From Alphaproteobacteria bacterium (GTDB lineage Bacteria; Pseudomonadota; Alphaproteobacteria; UBA828), in assembly GCA_965214705.1 (NCBI GenBank), contig OZ243972.1:3776001-3840000 (forward strand): 64,000 nt of DNA. The letters are read 5' to 3'. Every line of letters begins with the position of its first letter. The stretch's first letter is position 1. The translations under genes and the position numbers were made by a program. The notes below the pieces were generated by a model. It searched no databases. It saw nothing but the letters and a program-made list of their open reading frames with translations, and was not told the DNA's origin. Below are positions 44,153 to 53,100 of this stretch, in pieces.

Positions 44153-46042
44153 CTATTCGCCAATGGCCGGCCGGTAGGTCCCGAAGTTCCAGAGGTGGCC
44201 TTCCGGGTCGCGTGCCGAATAGTCGCGGGAGCCGTAAGGCGTATCCTCCAGCTCACGGACGATCTCGGCACCGGCTTCGACGGCGCGGGCGTAGTGGGCG
44301 TCCGCATCCTCGACCACGATATAGATCGACTGAGTGACGCCGCCGAGGTCACAAGGCGTCCGCATTTGCAGCTCGTCGTCTCGTATCGAGCCCACCATGA
44401 CCATGCCGCCATCGAACGCGAGCTGGGCATGGGCAATCGTGTCGTCGGGACCCGGAACGACGAAGTTTTCGCTGAAGCCGAAGGCCTTCTTGAGCCATTC
44501 GATCGCCGCGGGCGCGTCTCGGTAGCTAAGGCATGGAATGATGGAGGGACCTGTTTCGGTCATGGCGGCATCCTTCATGCTCTGGAGGAGGGGGTGCTCG
44601 GCGGGGCGTTCGGCCTCGACCTCAGCCTCTGGGGCTGGCGGCAGGGGCTGCTCCTCCGTCTCTGGCCGTATGGGCTCCACCACCGTCTCCGGTGGCTCGG
44701 GCTGGACTTCGGCTTCGGGCGGGGCGTGTTCGAAGCAGCGCGCAGTGTTGCGGCCTGGTGGGCCGAGGGCGAGGAACGCATCGTACGGCAGGCCGAGGGT
44801 CTGGCCGACCTCCTCCACCTCTTCGACCGTCCGTAGTTCAAGGAAGCCCTCATCCGCCTCTGCGACTTCGACGATGAAGGTGGTGGTCACGGCCTGCCGG
44901 TTTTCGTCCAGCACCACCGGCCCGCCGAACGGCGTGTCGAATTCCAGCTCGGAGAGGGCTTCGCGCAGGCTCTCGTGCCCCTCCCCGAGCTCACCGTCAG
45001 TCTCTTCCAGGGCGAGGAACAACGCCTTGGCATTGACGTAATAGGAAAGCGCGAAAAGGCTCGGCGCCGGGTCTGCGTCCGGGAAGCGTTTGCGGAAGTG
45101 TTCCGTGAACGCCTCCCAGTCGTCGTTGTCGTCGCTCTCCGATACCGGCAGCGCCGAAATCGCACCCTCCAGCAAGGGGCGGATGGCGTCGCCCGCGCGC
45201 AAGAGGCTGCCGCTGAGCGTCGTCGAGCTCGCCGCGATGACGGCCTGACCACCGGCCTTGCCATAGGCTTCGAGGAAGCTCTTCGCCGTGCGGGGGTCCA
45301 GCGCCAGGAGCAGCGCGTCCGTCTCGGCACGGGCGACCCTCTCTGCGAGACGCGCGGTATCGCTCGCGCCGGGGGAGACCCAGTGGTTCCCCAGCACGTG
45401 GCCGCCTGCGGCGCAATAATCCAGCATGAAGCCCATGAGCTGGGTGTAGGGCAGGGAGTAGTCCTCTCCGACCGTAACGATCGTGCGGATGTCCTTCTCG
45501 TCGTAAGCGTAGTGACCGAGTCCCCCGATCCACTGCATGCTGTCGGGGTTGAAGCGGAAGAAGTTCTCGGCCGGCGCACGCAAGGTGGCATCCTGCGCGG
45601 CCGACGCCCCGTTGATGAAAGTCACGTCCGGCACGCTCTTGGCGAATTCGCGGATCGCGATTCCTTCGATGCCGGCGAGGGGACCGATGACGATGTTGGC
45701 GCCGCCATCGATCAGCAGGCGCGCTTTCGCGACCACCGAGTCCGGCGTCCCGTCCGTGGACTCGATGAGGGTCTCGATGGGCCGCTCGCCGTCGCCCCCC
45801 TCGTGCTCCTGCACGGCAATTTCGTAGCCGCGCAGGGCATCCCGGCCGAGCGGCTCGAACGCGCCTTCGAGGGTCGCGAGCACGCCGATCTTTAAGGTCT
45901 CGGTCTCGGCATTCGCCTGAGTGCCGATCAGGAAAGGTGTGGCGAACAGGACGGCCCACGCCATGCGGCGAAGAGCGCACGGCGCGGGACCGCGTACTCG
46001 TCCAGGTCGTCCGCTTGCTGAGCGTGGCGGTGCCTTCGTCAC
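44153..46042 (-). CDS. LivK-type ABC substrate-binding protein fused in frame to a VOC/glyoxalase-like domain; the VOC part may also start independently at 44563
   Basis: KIGVLATLEG...IVIGPL SBP region, P/E-rich linker, then IIPCLSYRDAPAAIEWL...YGSRDYSARDPEGHLWNFG. Confidence 0.75.
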   Translation of the reverse strand: MTKAPPRSASGRPGRVRGPAPCALRRMAWAVLFATPFLIGTQANAETETLKIGVLATLEGAFEPLGRDALRGYEIAVQEHEGGDGERPIETLIESTDGTPDSVVAKARLLIDGGANIVIGPLAGIEGIAIREFAKSVPDVTFINGASAAQDATLRAPAENFFRFNPDSMQWIGGLGHYAYDEKDIRTIVTVGEDYSLPYTQLMGFMLDYCAAGGHVLGNHWVSPGASDTARLAERVARAETDALLLALDPRTAKSFLEAYGKAGGQAVIAASSTTLSGSLLRAGDAIRPLLEGAISALPVSESDDNDDWEAFTEHFRKRFPDADPAPSLFALSYYVNAKALFLALEETDGELGEGHESLREALSELEFDTPFGGPVVLDENRQAVTTTFIVEVAEADEGFLELRTVEEVEEVGQTLGLPYDAFLALGPPGRNTARCFEHAPPEAEVQPEPPETVVEPIRPETEEQPLPPAPEAEVEAERPAEHPLLQSMKDAAMTETGPSIIPCLSYRDAPAAIEWLKKAFGFSENFVVPGPDDTIAHAQLAFDGGMVMVGSIRDDELQMRTPCDLGGVTQSIYIVVEDADAHYARAVEAGAEIVRELEDTPYGSRDYSARDPEGHLWNFGTYRPAIGE

Positions 46043-46305
46043 GCTATGCCGATCATGTCAAATGTATGCCACTCAAAACATTGGAAGTTTGGCGGAGCGT
46101 CCCAGCGCTCGCGCGACACCGGGGCAAGCCCTTATAGCCGCCTGCAACGGCCAATGCCATGCGCGCGTCGCAAGGCACGGCAGGAGCGTATGCTCGATTC
46201 CGGCCGTGACCGCTCTGGCCTCAGAGGCTAGGCTATCAGCCAGCGGGTAGCCGGCGCTTGGCTTCGTGAGTCCGGCCCGGCGCCCTGAAGAGGGAGGAAG
46301 CAAAC

Positions 46306-47604
46306 ATGGCTAAGACCAAGGAGCATCGGAGACTGGGACCGAGCCGGCGTTCGATCCTCAAGGGTGCCGCCGCGGTGGCCGGCGTCGCGGCCGGCACCAA
46401 GGCGCTCGGCGGATTTCCAACAGTCTGGGCGCAGGACACGAAAGACATCACGATCAACCACTCCGGTATGTCGTATTCGACGATCATCCAGATCGCCGAG
46501 CAGGCGACTGTGGATCTGCCGTTCACGGTGGAGATGTCCGTCACAGATCACGCCGGCATGCTCAACCGGCTGACCACACAGTCTGATTCCATCGATGTCG
46601 CCGATATCGAGCTCTGGATGCGGGTCATCACAGTGCCGCGCGGCATCTACCAGGCGGTCGAGCCGGCCAAGATCACACATTGGGACAAGGCAACCACGAT
46701 CTATCGGGACGGCCAGTTGGAGGGCAAGCAGATCTCGCGCCAGGGGGTCTCGCCCCATGAGGTGATGTATTTCACCGATGCCGACGCGAATGCGCTTGCC
46801 GACGGCAACACCGATTACGCGACCATGATCCCGGGCGTGTTCAACGCCGATACGCTCGGCATCCAGCCGGTCGAGATCGGCCGCCCCATCAACAACTGGC
46901 ATGAGCTCTTCAACGACGAGTTCAACGGCCGCGCAGCGGGCATGGACATCCCGCCGATCATGATCATGGATGCAGCACTCGCGATCGAATCGACCGGCGA
47001 GTACACCTATGCCGACAAGGGCAACATGACCAAGGAAGAGATCACGATGACCGTGGACCGGCTCATCGATCTCAAGAAGAAGGGGCATTGGCGGGCACTC
47101 TGGGGCACCTTCGACCAGTCGGTGCAGCTGATGACCTCGGGCGAGGTGGTGATCCAGTCGATGTGGTCCCCGGCGGTAACCGCCGTGCGCGCCCAGGGCG
47201 TGCCCTGCGTCTATCAACCGCTCGCCGAGGGCTACCGGGGCTGGGGCAACGGGCTCAGCTTGATGAGCCACCTCGAGGGCAAGAGGCTCGGCGCGGCCTA
47301 CGACTACCTCAACTGGTACTACAGCGGCTGGATGGGCGCCTTCATCGCGAAGCAGGGCTACTATCTCGGTGTCTCGGAGACCGCGAAGGCCTTCATGGAG
47401 CCCTTCGAGTGGGATTACTGGTACGAGGGCAAGCCGGCTGAAGATACGATCCACGATCCCTACGGCACCCCGATGGAGAAAGCGGGGCACGTGCGCGACG
47501 GCGGCTCGTTCTCGCAGCGGTTCGGCAACATGGCGTGTTGGAACACGCTGATGGACAACCACCAGTTCCTGCTCAAGAAGTGGACCGAGCTGCAGACGGC
47601 CTAA
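46306..47604 (+). CDS. PotD/PotF-like extracellular solute-binding protein with Tat signal
   Basis: SRRSIL, NADTLG, EVVIQSMWSPAV, EGYRGWG; GGGAGG SD. Confidence 0.85.
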   Translation: MAKTKEHRRLGPSRRSILKGAAAVAGVAAGTKALGGFPTVWAQDTKDITINHSGMSYSTIIQIAEQATVDLPFTVEMSVTDHAGMLNRLTTQSDSIDVADIELWMRVITVPRGIYQAVEPAKITHWDKATTIYRDGQLEGKQISRQGVSPHEVMYFTDADANALADGNTDYATMIPGVFNADTLGIQPVEIGRPINNWHELFNDEFNGRAAGMDIPPIMIMDAALAIESTGEYTYADKGNMTKEEITMTVDRLIDLKKKGHWRALWGTFDQSVQLMTSGEVVIQSMWSPAVTAVRAQGVPCVYQPLAEGYRGWGNGLSLMSHLEGKRLGAAYDYLNWYYSGWMGAFIAKQGYYLGVSETAKAFMEPFEWDYWYEGKPAEDTIHDPYGTPMEKAGHVRDGGSFSQRFGNMACWNTLMDNHQFLLKKWTELQTA

Positions 47605-47620
47605 GTATCGTTATCCGCGC

Positions 47621-47648
47621 GGGCGGGGCTGGTGAACCAGCCCCGCCC
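47621..47648 (+). other. Perfect 12-bp stem-loop between SBP and permease genes
   Basis: GGGCGGGGCTGG-TGAA-CCAGCCCCGCCC. Confidence 0.65.
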
Positions 47649-47662
47649 CGATCTTTCGCTCG

Positions 47663-48556
47663 ATGCGACTCAGACTTTCATTGAGTAACGGCACCGGCGC
47701 CAAGCGGAGGCCGGGGGTGAAGGCGGTGCCGCTCGGCTTCGCTCTGGGGGTCTTCTTCATCCTGCCGCTGGGTGTGCTGCTCGCAGTCAGCTTCTTCGAG
47801 AACGACATGATCTTCGGCATGCGGCCTGCGCTTACGCCGGAGAGTTATGTCGAGCTGTTCACCACCATGAACACGCTCTGGCTCTATCTGAGCACGTTGA
47901 AATTCGCGGCGATCGTCTGGGCCGTTACGCTGCTGATCGGCTTCACCATTGCCTATTTTCTGGTGTTCCACGTCCGCTCGCTCTTGATCGCGATCGGTCT
48001 CTTTCTGCTTTGTACTGTTCCGTTCTGGACCTCCAACATCATCCGGATGATTTCGTGGATACCGCTGCTGGGTAAGCAGGGGCTGGTCAACCAGGCGCTG
48101 ATGGGTCTCGGTATCGTCGACGATCCGGTGGAGTGGCTGCTCTTCTCGGACTTCTCGGTGGTGGTGAGCTACGTCCACCTGTTCACGCTGTTCATGATCG
48201 TGCCGATCTTCAACTCGATGGCGCGCATCGACAAAGCGCTGATCGAGGCGGCGCGGGACGCGGGTGCGAGTTCTATGCGCATCATGTGGGAGGTCATCGT
48301 TCCGCTCTCCCGCAGCGGCATCGCCTTGGGCTCGATTTTCGTCATCGTGCTCGTGATGGGCGACTTCTTCGTCATCAAGGTGATGAGCGGCGGGCGCAGC
48401 GCTTCCGTCGTCTCCTCCATCTTCGAGGACATCAACGTGCTGCTCTACCCGTCCGGGGCGGCGAGTGCCGTGGTGCTGCTGATCGTCGTGGTGATGATGG
48501 TGATGGGTGTGCTGCGGGTGGTCAACATCCGCAGGGAACTCGCGGGCAGTTCGTAG
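47663..48556 (+). CDS. ABC transporter permease (PotB-like); start uncertain
   Basis: PFWTSNIIR, LIEAARDAGA. Confidence 0.87.
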   Translation: MRLRLSLSNGTGAKRRPGVKAVPLGFALGVFFILPLGVLLAVSFFENDMIFGMRPALTPESYVELFTTMNTLWLYLSTLKFAAIVWAVTLLIGFTIAYFLVFHVRSLLIAIGLFLLCTVPFWTSNIIRMISWIPLLGKQGLVNQALMGLGIVDDPVEWLLFSDFSVVVSYVHLFTLFMIVPIFNSMARIDKALIEAARDAGASSMRIMWEVIVPLSRSGIALGSIFVIVLVMGDFFVIKVMSGGRSASVVSSIFEDINVLLYPSGAASAVVLLIVVVMMVMGVLRVVNIRRELAGSS

Positions 48557-48566
48557 GAGCGGAGGC

Positions 48567-49421
48567 ATGGCGCGATCGGCGAAGACTCATAAGCCTCGGC
48601 CCTGGACCTTCTATCCGCTGGCGGCGTTCTTTGGGTTGTTCGTGCTGTTCCTCTATGGCCCGATGTTCTGCATCTACATCCTTTCGTTCCAGGGGCCGAA
48701 CGCCTCGCTGGTATTCCCCATGCAGGGCCTCTCGCTGCACTGGTTCGAGGCTCTGTTCGGCCAGGCGCGGACGGGCGACGTGGGCGGCGCGTTCGCGCGC
48801 TCGCTGCCGCTCTCGCTCATCATCCTGGGTATCACCGTGCTCTTCTCGGTGGCGGCGGGGCTCGCGTTCCGCAGCCGGTTCTTCGGCAACTCGGTGATCT
48901 TCTACACCGCGATCGGGAGCCTCGTGGTGCCGGGCCTCGTGCTCGGCGTCGGCATCACGCTGCTGCTCCAGCTGCTGGGCTGGAACGCGCATTGGTACTC
49001 GTCTGCGCTCGGCGCGCACCTCACCTGGACGCTGCCCTTCGGGCTGCTCATCATGTTCGCCGTGTTGAGCCGCTTCGATCCGCGCGTGGAGGAGGCGGCG
49101 CGCGACCTCGGCGCGAGCAACCTGCAGTCCCTGCGCTACGTGATGATCCCGATCCTGCTGCCGGGCATCATCGCGGTGGCGCTCTTCGGCTTCACGCTCT
49201 CTTACGACGAGTTCCCGCGCAGCACGTTTACCGTCGGCGCCCGCAACACGCTGCCGCTGGAAATCTGGAGCATGACCACCAACATCACCTCGCCGGCGCT
49301 CTATGCTCTCGGCACCGTGACGACGGCGATCTCCTTCTTCATCATTCTGATCTCGCTGACCGCCATCGGCCTGATCCAGTCGCGGCGCCAGCGCTCCCAG
49401 CGGCAGGGGCCGGGAGGGTAG
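48567..49421 (+). CDS. ABC transporter permease (PotC-like)
   Basis: FLYGP, EEAARDLGA, FTLSYDEF, TLPLEI. Confidence 0.87.
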   Translation: MARSAKTHKPRPWTFYPLAAFFGLFVLFLYGPMFCIYILSFQGPNASLVFPMQGLSLHWFEALFGQARTGDVGGAFARSLPLSLIILGITVLFSVAAGLAFRSRFFGNSVIFYTAIGSLVVPGLVLGVGITLLLQLLGWNAHWYSSALGAHLTWTLPFGLLIMFAVLSRFDPRVEEAARDLGASNLQSLRYVMIPILLPGIIAVALFGFTLSYDEFPRSTFTVGARNTLPLEIWSMTTNITSPALYALGTVTTAISFFIILISLTAIGLIQSRRQRSQRQGPGG

Positions 49422-49440
49422 GCGTGCGTCGCGGGGCCGA

Positions 49441-49980
49441 TCATGCCCGTTGACGCGTCACCATCCGCTTGGTGCCCTCGTAGCGGAGGCTCTTGCAGAG
49501 GCGGGCGAAGCCGTCGAGGTTCTCCACGATCCGCGCGAAGATGCAGCCCTGGTTGGGGTGCGGCGTATCGCCGTACCAGAGCGTGGTGGGGAAGCGCATC
49601 CCGGCGTGGCGGCCATAGGCGAAGGTGACCTCTTTGAGCCAGGGGTCCCAGATGAAGTCGCCGGGGGCCATCCTCGTCTGCCGGTTTTCCAGCTCGTAGC
49701 CGAGCGCCGGCACCATGTCGACGCGGTCCAAATAGAACGCCGCGTGGCCGAAGAAGGCGCAGTGGATGATGTATGCGTCGATCGGCATCACGTCCCAGAA
49801 GGCATCGCAGGTTTTGGGGGCGGCGGTCTCCAGCAGCGCGCCGACGCAGACCTCGCCGTCGATCTCGATCTCGAAGCGGCGGAAGCTGTCGGGGATGTCG
49901 TTGGGGATCTCGAACTGGTCGTACCACCACTCGTCCCACATCTCGCGCTGAGCAACCGTATCGACCGATTTGTCCGCCAT
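49441..49980 (-). CDS. DUF3830-like (cyclophilin-like fold) protein
   Basis: LLETAAPKTCDAFW, IIHCAFFG, LEN...PGD, FARIVENLDGF; AAGGAG SD. Confidence 0.65.
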   Translation of the reverse strand: MADKSVDTVAQREMWDEWWYDQFEIPNDIPDSFRRFEIEIDGEVCVGALLETAAPKTCDAFWDVMPIDAYIIHCAFFGHAAFYLDRVDMVPALGYELENRQTRMAPGDFIWDPWLKEVTFAYGRHAGMRFPTTLWYGDTPHPNQGCIFARIVENLDGFARLCKSLRYEGTKRMVTRQRA

Positions 49981-50118
49981 GAATGTCTCCTTTGTTTTGG
50001 CGCCGTGCGTCCGGGGAGCGACGGTAATGATACGAAATCGTTGCCGGCACCAGGCAACCTCTTTGCCGTGCAGTCCGGAAGGAGCAGGACTGCGTCTGCG
50101 AACCGGTGTCAGCGTGGA

Positions 50119-50165
50119 CGAGGATGTGCTGATGAGCTACATTGTAGCCCATCAGCACATCCTCG
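50119..50165. promoter_or_regulatory. 47-bp near-perfect palindrome upstream of dinJ (putative TA operator)
   Basis: CGAGGATGTGCTGATG-A-GCTACA-T-TGTAGC-C-CATCAGCACATCCTCG. Confidence 0.7.
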
Positions 50166-50176
50166 AGGATCGGATC

Positions 50177-50434
50177 ATGAACACCGTCATCCGCGCCCGT
50201 ATAGACGAAAAGACCAAGGACGAGGCCGCTGCCGTGCTGGCCGCGATCGGCCTTACGGTGTCTGACGCCTTTCGCTTGATGATGGTGCGGATCGCCGCAG
50301 AGAAGCGACTGCCCTTCGAGCCCCTGGTGCCCAATGACGAGACGATCGAAGCCATGAGAGCTGCTCGGCGCGGCGATTTGATCGCCGTCGGCGGCGTGTC
50401 TGAACTGATGGCCGATCTGAATGCGGACGATTAG
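50177..50434 (+). CDS. dinJ: RelB/DinJ family antitoxin
   Basis: VIRARIDE...GLTVSDAFRLMM...LPFEPLVPNDETIEAM. Confidence 0.88.
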   Translation: MNTVIRARIDEKTKDEAAAVLAAIGLTVSDAFRLMMVRIAAEKRLPFEPLVPNDETIEAMRAARRGDLIAVGGVSELMADLNADD

Positions 50435-50702
50435 ACGGACCGCCGCGTTCAAACGAGACTACAGACGCGAGAAGAAAGGCCGCTTTGCCAAGACCCTCGA
50501 CCAGGAGGTCGAGAACGTCGTAGCCGATCTGGCATCCGATCGGCCCCTACCGCAACGTCATCACGATCACGCGTTGACCGGGCCGTGGAAGGACCATCGC
50601 GACTGCCACGTTCGGCCCGATCGGGTTTTAATCTATCGCAAGCCGGATACCGACTATCTCGACCTCGTACGTTTGGGCTCCCACAGCGAGCTCGGTCTTT
50701 GA
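50421..50702 (+). CDS. yafQ: YafQ family mRNA interferase toxin
   Basis: FKRDYRR, DHALTG, RDCHVRPD, LVRLGSHSEL. Confidence 0.9.
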   Translation: MRTIRRTAAFKRDYRREKKGRFAKTLDQEVENVVADLASDRPLPQRHHDHALTGPWKDHRDCHVRPDRVLIYRKPDTDYLDLVRLGSHSELGL

Positions 50703-50813
50703 CCGGAGCGGTTGTCGGGTGCAACGAGTCCTCTCTCGATGGAGTTGGTATTGGGGTGTTGGAGCAGGGCGCTGATGGTGGAGAGGGCGAGGCCATTCGA
50801 CATCGCGAGGGCC

Positions 50814-50822
50814 TGTTATAAT
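50814..50822 (+). promoter_or_regulatory. Extended -10 promoter (TGnTATAAT)
   Basis: TGTTATAAT ends 8 nt before ATG 50831. Confidence 0.6.
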
Positions 50823-50830
50823 ACCGCCCC

Positions 50831-52213
50831 ATGAATCTTCATCGGATGCTCGAGGAACGCGCGCGCGCCGGGAAGCCCGTGCGCGTCGGACTGATCGGGG
50901 CCGGCAAGTTCGGCACCATGTTTCTGGCCCAGGCTAGGCGGACGCCCGGCCTTCACGTGATGGCAGTGGCCGACCTCGACCCCGCCCGCGCCGATGCCGC
51001 GCTCGCCCGCGCCGGCTGGGAGGAGGGCGAGCGCCGCGTGCGCTCCTTCGCCCAGGCCTTGCAAAGCGGCGGCATCCACGTCTGCGACGACGCCTTCGCG
51101 CTGATTGGGGCGGACGGCCTCGATGTGGTGATCGATGCCACCGGGCATCCGGCCGCCGGCATCGCCCATGCCCGCGCCTGCTTTGCTGCCGGGCGGCACG
51201 TGGTGATGGTCAACGTGGAAGCCGACTGCCTCGCCGGGCCGCTGCTGGCCAGGGAGGCGGCGAAGGCCGGTGTGGTCTACTCGCTCGCCTACGGCGACCA
51301 GCCGGCGCTGATCGCGGAGATGGTGGACTGGGCGCGGGCTTCGGGCCTCGACGTCGTCGCCGCCGGCAAGGGCACGCGCTACCAGCCGGGCTTCCACCAT
51401 GTGACGCCCGACGACGTCTGGACCCACTACGGGCTCACGCCGGCGGAGGCGGAGGCCGGCGGCATGAACCCGCAGATGTTCAACTCCTTCCTCGACGGCA
51501 CCAAGTCGGCGATCGAGATGACCGCCGTCGCCAATGCCACCGGGCTCACGCCTGCGCCCGAGGGGCTCCGCTTCCCGCCCTGCGGGGTCGACGACCTGCC
51601 GAGCGTGCTCAGGCCGCGCGAGGACGGCGGCACGCTGCACCACAAGGGCCAGGTGGAGGTGATCGCGAGCGAGGCGCGGGATGGCAGCGCGCTCAACGGG
51701 CACTTGCGCTGGGGCGTTTATGCAGTGTTCGAGGCCGGTACCGACTATGTCGCGACCTGCTTCCGCGAATACGGGCTCTGTACCGATTCCACGGGGCGCT
51801 ATGCGTCGATGTACAAGCCTTATCACCTGATCGGGCTGGAGCTCGGCATCTCGGTGGCGTCCGTCGCGCTGCGCGGCGAGCCCACCGGCGCACCCACCGG
51901 CTTCCGCGCCGACGCAGTGGCCTGCACCAAGGCGCATCTGCAGGCCGGCACGCGGCTCGACGGGGAAGGGGGCTACACCGTCTACGGCCGGTTGATGCCG
52001 GCTGCGGCGAGCCTCGCCGGCGGCCACCTGCCCATCGGCCTCGCCCACGGCGTGAAGCTCATCCGTGCCGTGGAGCCGGACACGCCACTCACCTGGGACG
52101 ATATGACCGCCGACGAGGACGATACGGCGGCGGAGGCAGTGCGAACCCGGCGCGCGATGGAGGCAGCGTTCGCACCGGAAGAGTCGGCAGCGCAGGCGGC
52201 GACGCCTGCTTGA
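50831..52213 (+). CDS. NAD(P)-dependent oxidoreductase, homoserine-dehydrogenase-like with C-terminal SAF domain
   Basis: IGAGKFG, VNVEAD, GDQP, FLDGTKSAIEM, LDGEGGY. Confidence 0.82.
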   Translation: MNLHRMLEERARAGKPVRVGLIGAGKFGTMFLAQARRTPGLHVMAVADLDPARADAALARAGWEEGERRVRSFAQALQSGGIHVCDDAFALIGADGLDVVIDATGHPAAGIAHARACFAAGRHVVMVNVEADCLAGPLLAREAAKAGVVYSLAYGDQPALIAEMVDWARASGLDVVAAGKGTRYQPGFHHVTPDDVWTHYGLTPAEAEAGGMNPQMFNSFLDGTKSAIEMTAVANATGLTPAPEGLRFPPCGVDDLPSVLRPREDGGTLHHKGQVEVIASEARDGSALNGHLRWGVYAVFEAGTDYVATCFREYGLCTDSTGRYASMYKPYHLIGLELGISVASVALRGEPTGAPTGFRADAVACTKAHLQAGTRLDGEGGYTVYGRLMPAAASLAGGHLPIGLAHGVKLIRAVEPDTPLTWDDMTADEDDTAAEAVRTRRAMEAAFAPEESAAQAATPA

Positions 52214-52224
52214 GGGGTAGGGTC

Positions 52225-53049
52225 ATGCCCAAGCACCTTTCCGCCGAGGCCGTCGCCCAATACGAGCGGGGCGGTTTCCACTTCCCGGTCCAGGCCATTT
52301 CGGCCGCGGAGGCCCGCGTGATCCGGGCCGACGTGGAGGTCGCCGAGCGGCATTTCGCAGAACAGGGCGAGCGGCTGCGCCATCGGCCCCACCTGCTGGT
52401 GACGGCGCTCGATCGCCTGATCCGTAACGAGACGGTGCTCGACGCGGTGGAGGACCTGCTCGGTCCCAACCTTCTCTGCTGGACTTCGCTCTTCTTCACC
52501 AAGGACGCGCACGATCCGGCTTACGTCTCCTGGCACCAGGATTCCACCTACTGGGGCCTGAGCAGTCTTGAGGTGGTGACCGCCTGGATCGCGCTCTCGC
52601 CCAGCACGGTGGAATCGGGTGCCATGCGGGTCGCGCCCGGCACCCATAAGCTGGATCAGATCTCCCACCGCGACGCCTACGGCGAGCACAACATGCTCAC
52701 GCGCGGCCAGATCGTCGAGCACGAGGTGGACGAGGACGCGGCCGTCGATGTCGTGCTGCAGCCGGGCGAGGCCTCGCTGCACCACGTGCGCCTGATCCAC
52801 GGCTCCGGCCCCAACAACTCCGACGACCGGCGCATCGGCTTCGCCATCCGCTACATCCCCACGCATGTAAAGAATGTGGTCGGGCGCGACTTTGCGGCGC
52901 TGGTGCGCGGCATCGACGAGTACGGATACTTCGATGCCGAGCGCCGGCCCGAGCGCGACCTGGAGCCCGAGGCGTTGGCGGCCTACGAAGCCGCGAACGC
53001 GAGCCACAATGCTGTGCTCTACGCGGGCGCGGCACAGATGCGCGGCTGA
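52225..53049 (+). CDS. Phytanoyl-CoA dioxygenase (PhyH) family Fe(II)/2OG oxygenase
   Basis: WHQDSTYW (HxD), TAWIAL, IHGSGPN, RRI. Confidence 0.88.
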   Translation: MPKHLSAEAVAQYERGGFHFPVQAISAAEARVIRADVEVAERHFAEQGERLRHRPHLLVTALDRLIRNETVLDAVEDLLGPNLLCWTSLFFTKDAHDPAYVSWHQDSTYWGLSSLEVVTAWIALSPSTVESGAMRVAPGTHKLDQISHRDAYGEHNMLTRGQIVEHEVDEDAAVDVVLQPGEASLHHVRLIHGSGPNNSDDRRIGFAIRYIPTHVKNVVGRDFAALVRGIDEYGYFDAERRPERDLEPEALAAYEAANASHNAVLYAGAAQMRG

Positions 53050-53100
53050 TCCGTAACTCATCCCACCTTGTCTCCCTCCCCGGAGGAAAAGCGTAAAGCG

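Noticed and set aside
46043-46305. Riboswitch in the leader of the PotD-like SBP gene
   Set aside because: I could not recognise any conserved aptamer motif by eye; an Rfam/Infernal scan would be needed
50081-50768. GGAGCAGG direct repeat flanking dinJ-yafQ (50081 and 50761) as a target-site duplication
   Set aside because: Only 8 bp and purine/GC-rich, so plausible by chance without an empty-site comparison
52225-53049. Possible Fe/2OG halogenase
   Set aside because: The facial triad keeps the Asp (HQD), whereas SyrB2-type halogenases have Ala or Gly at that position
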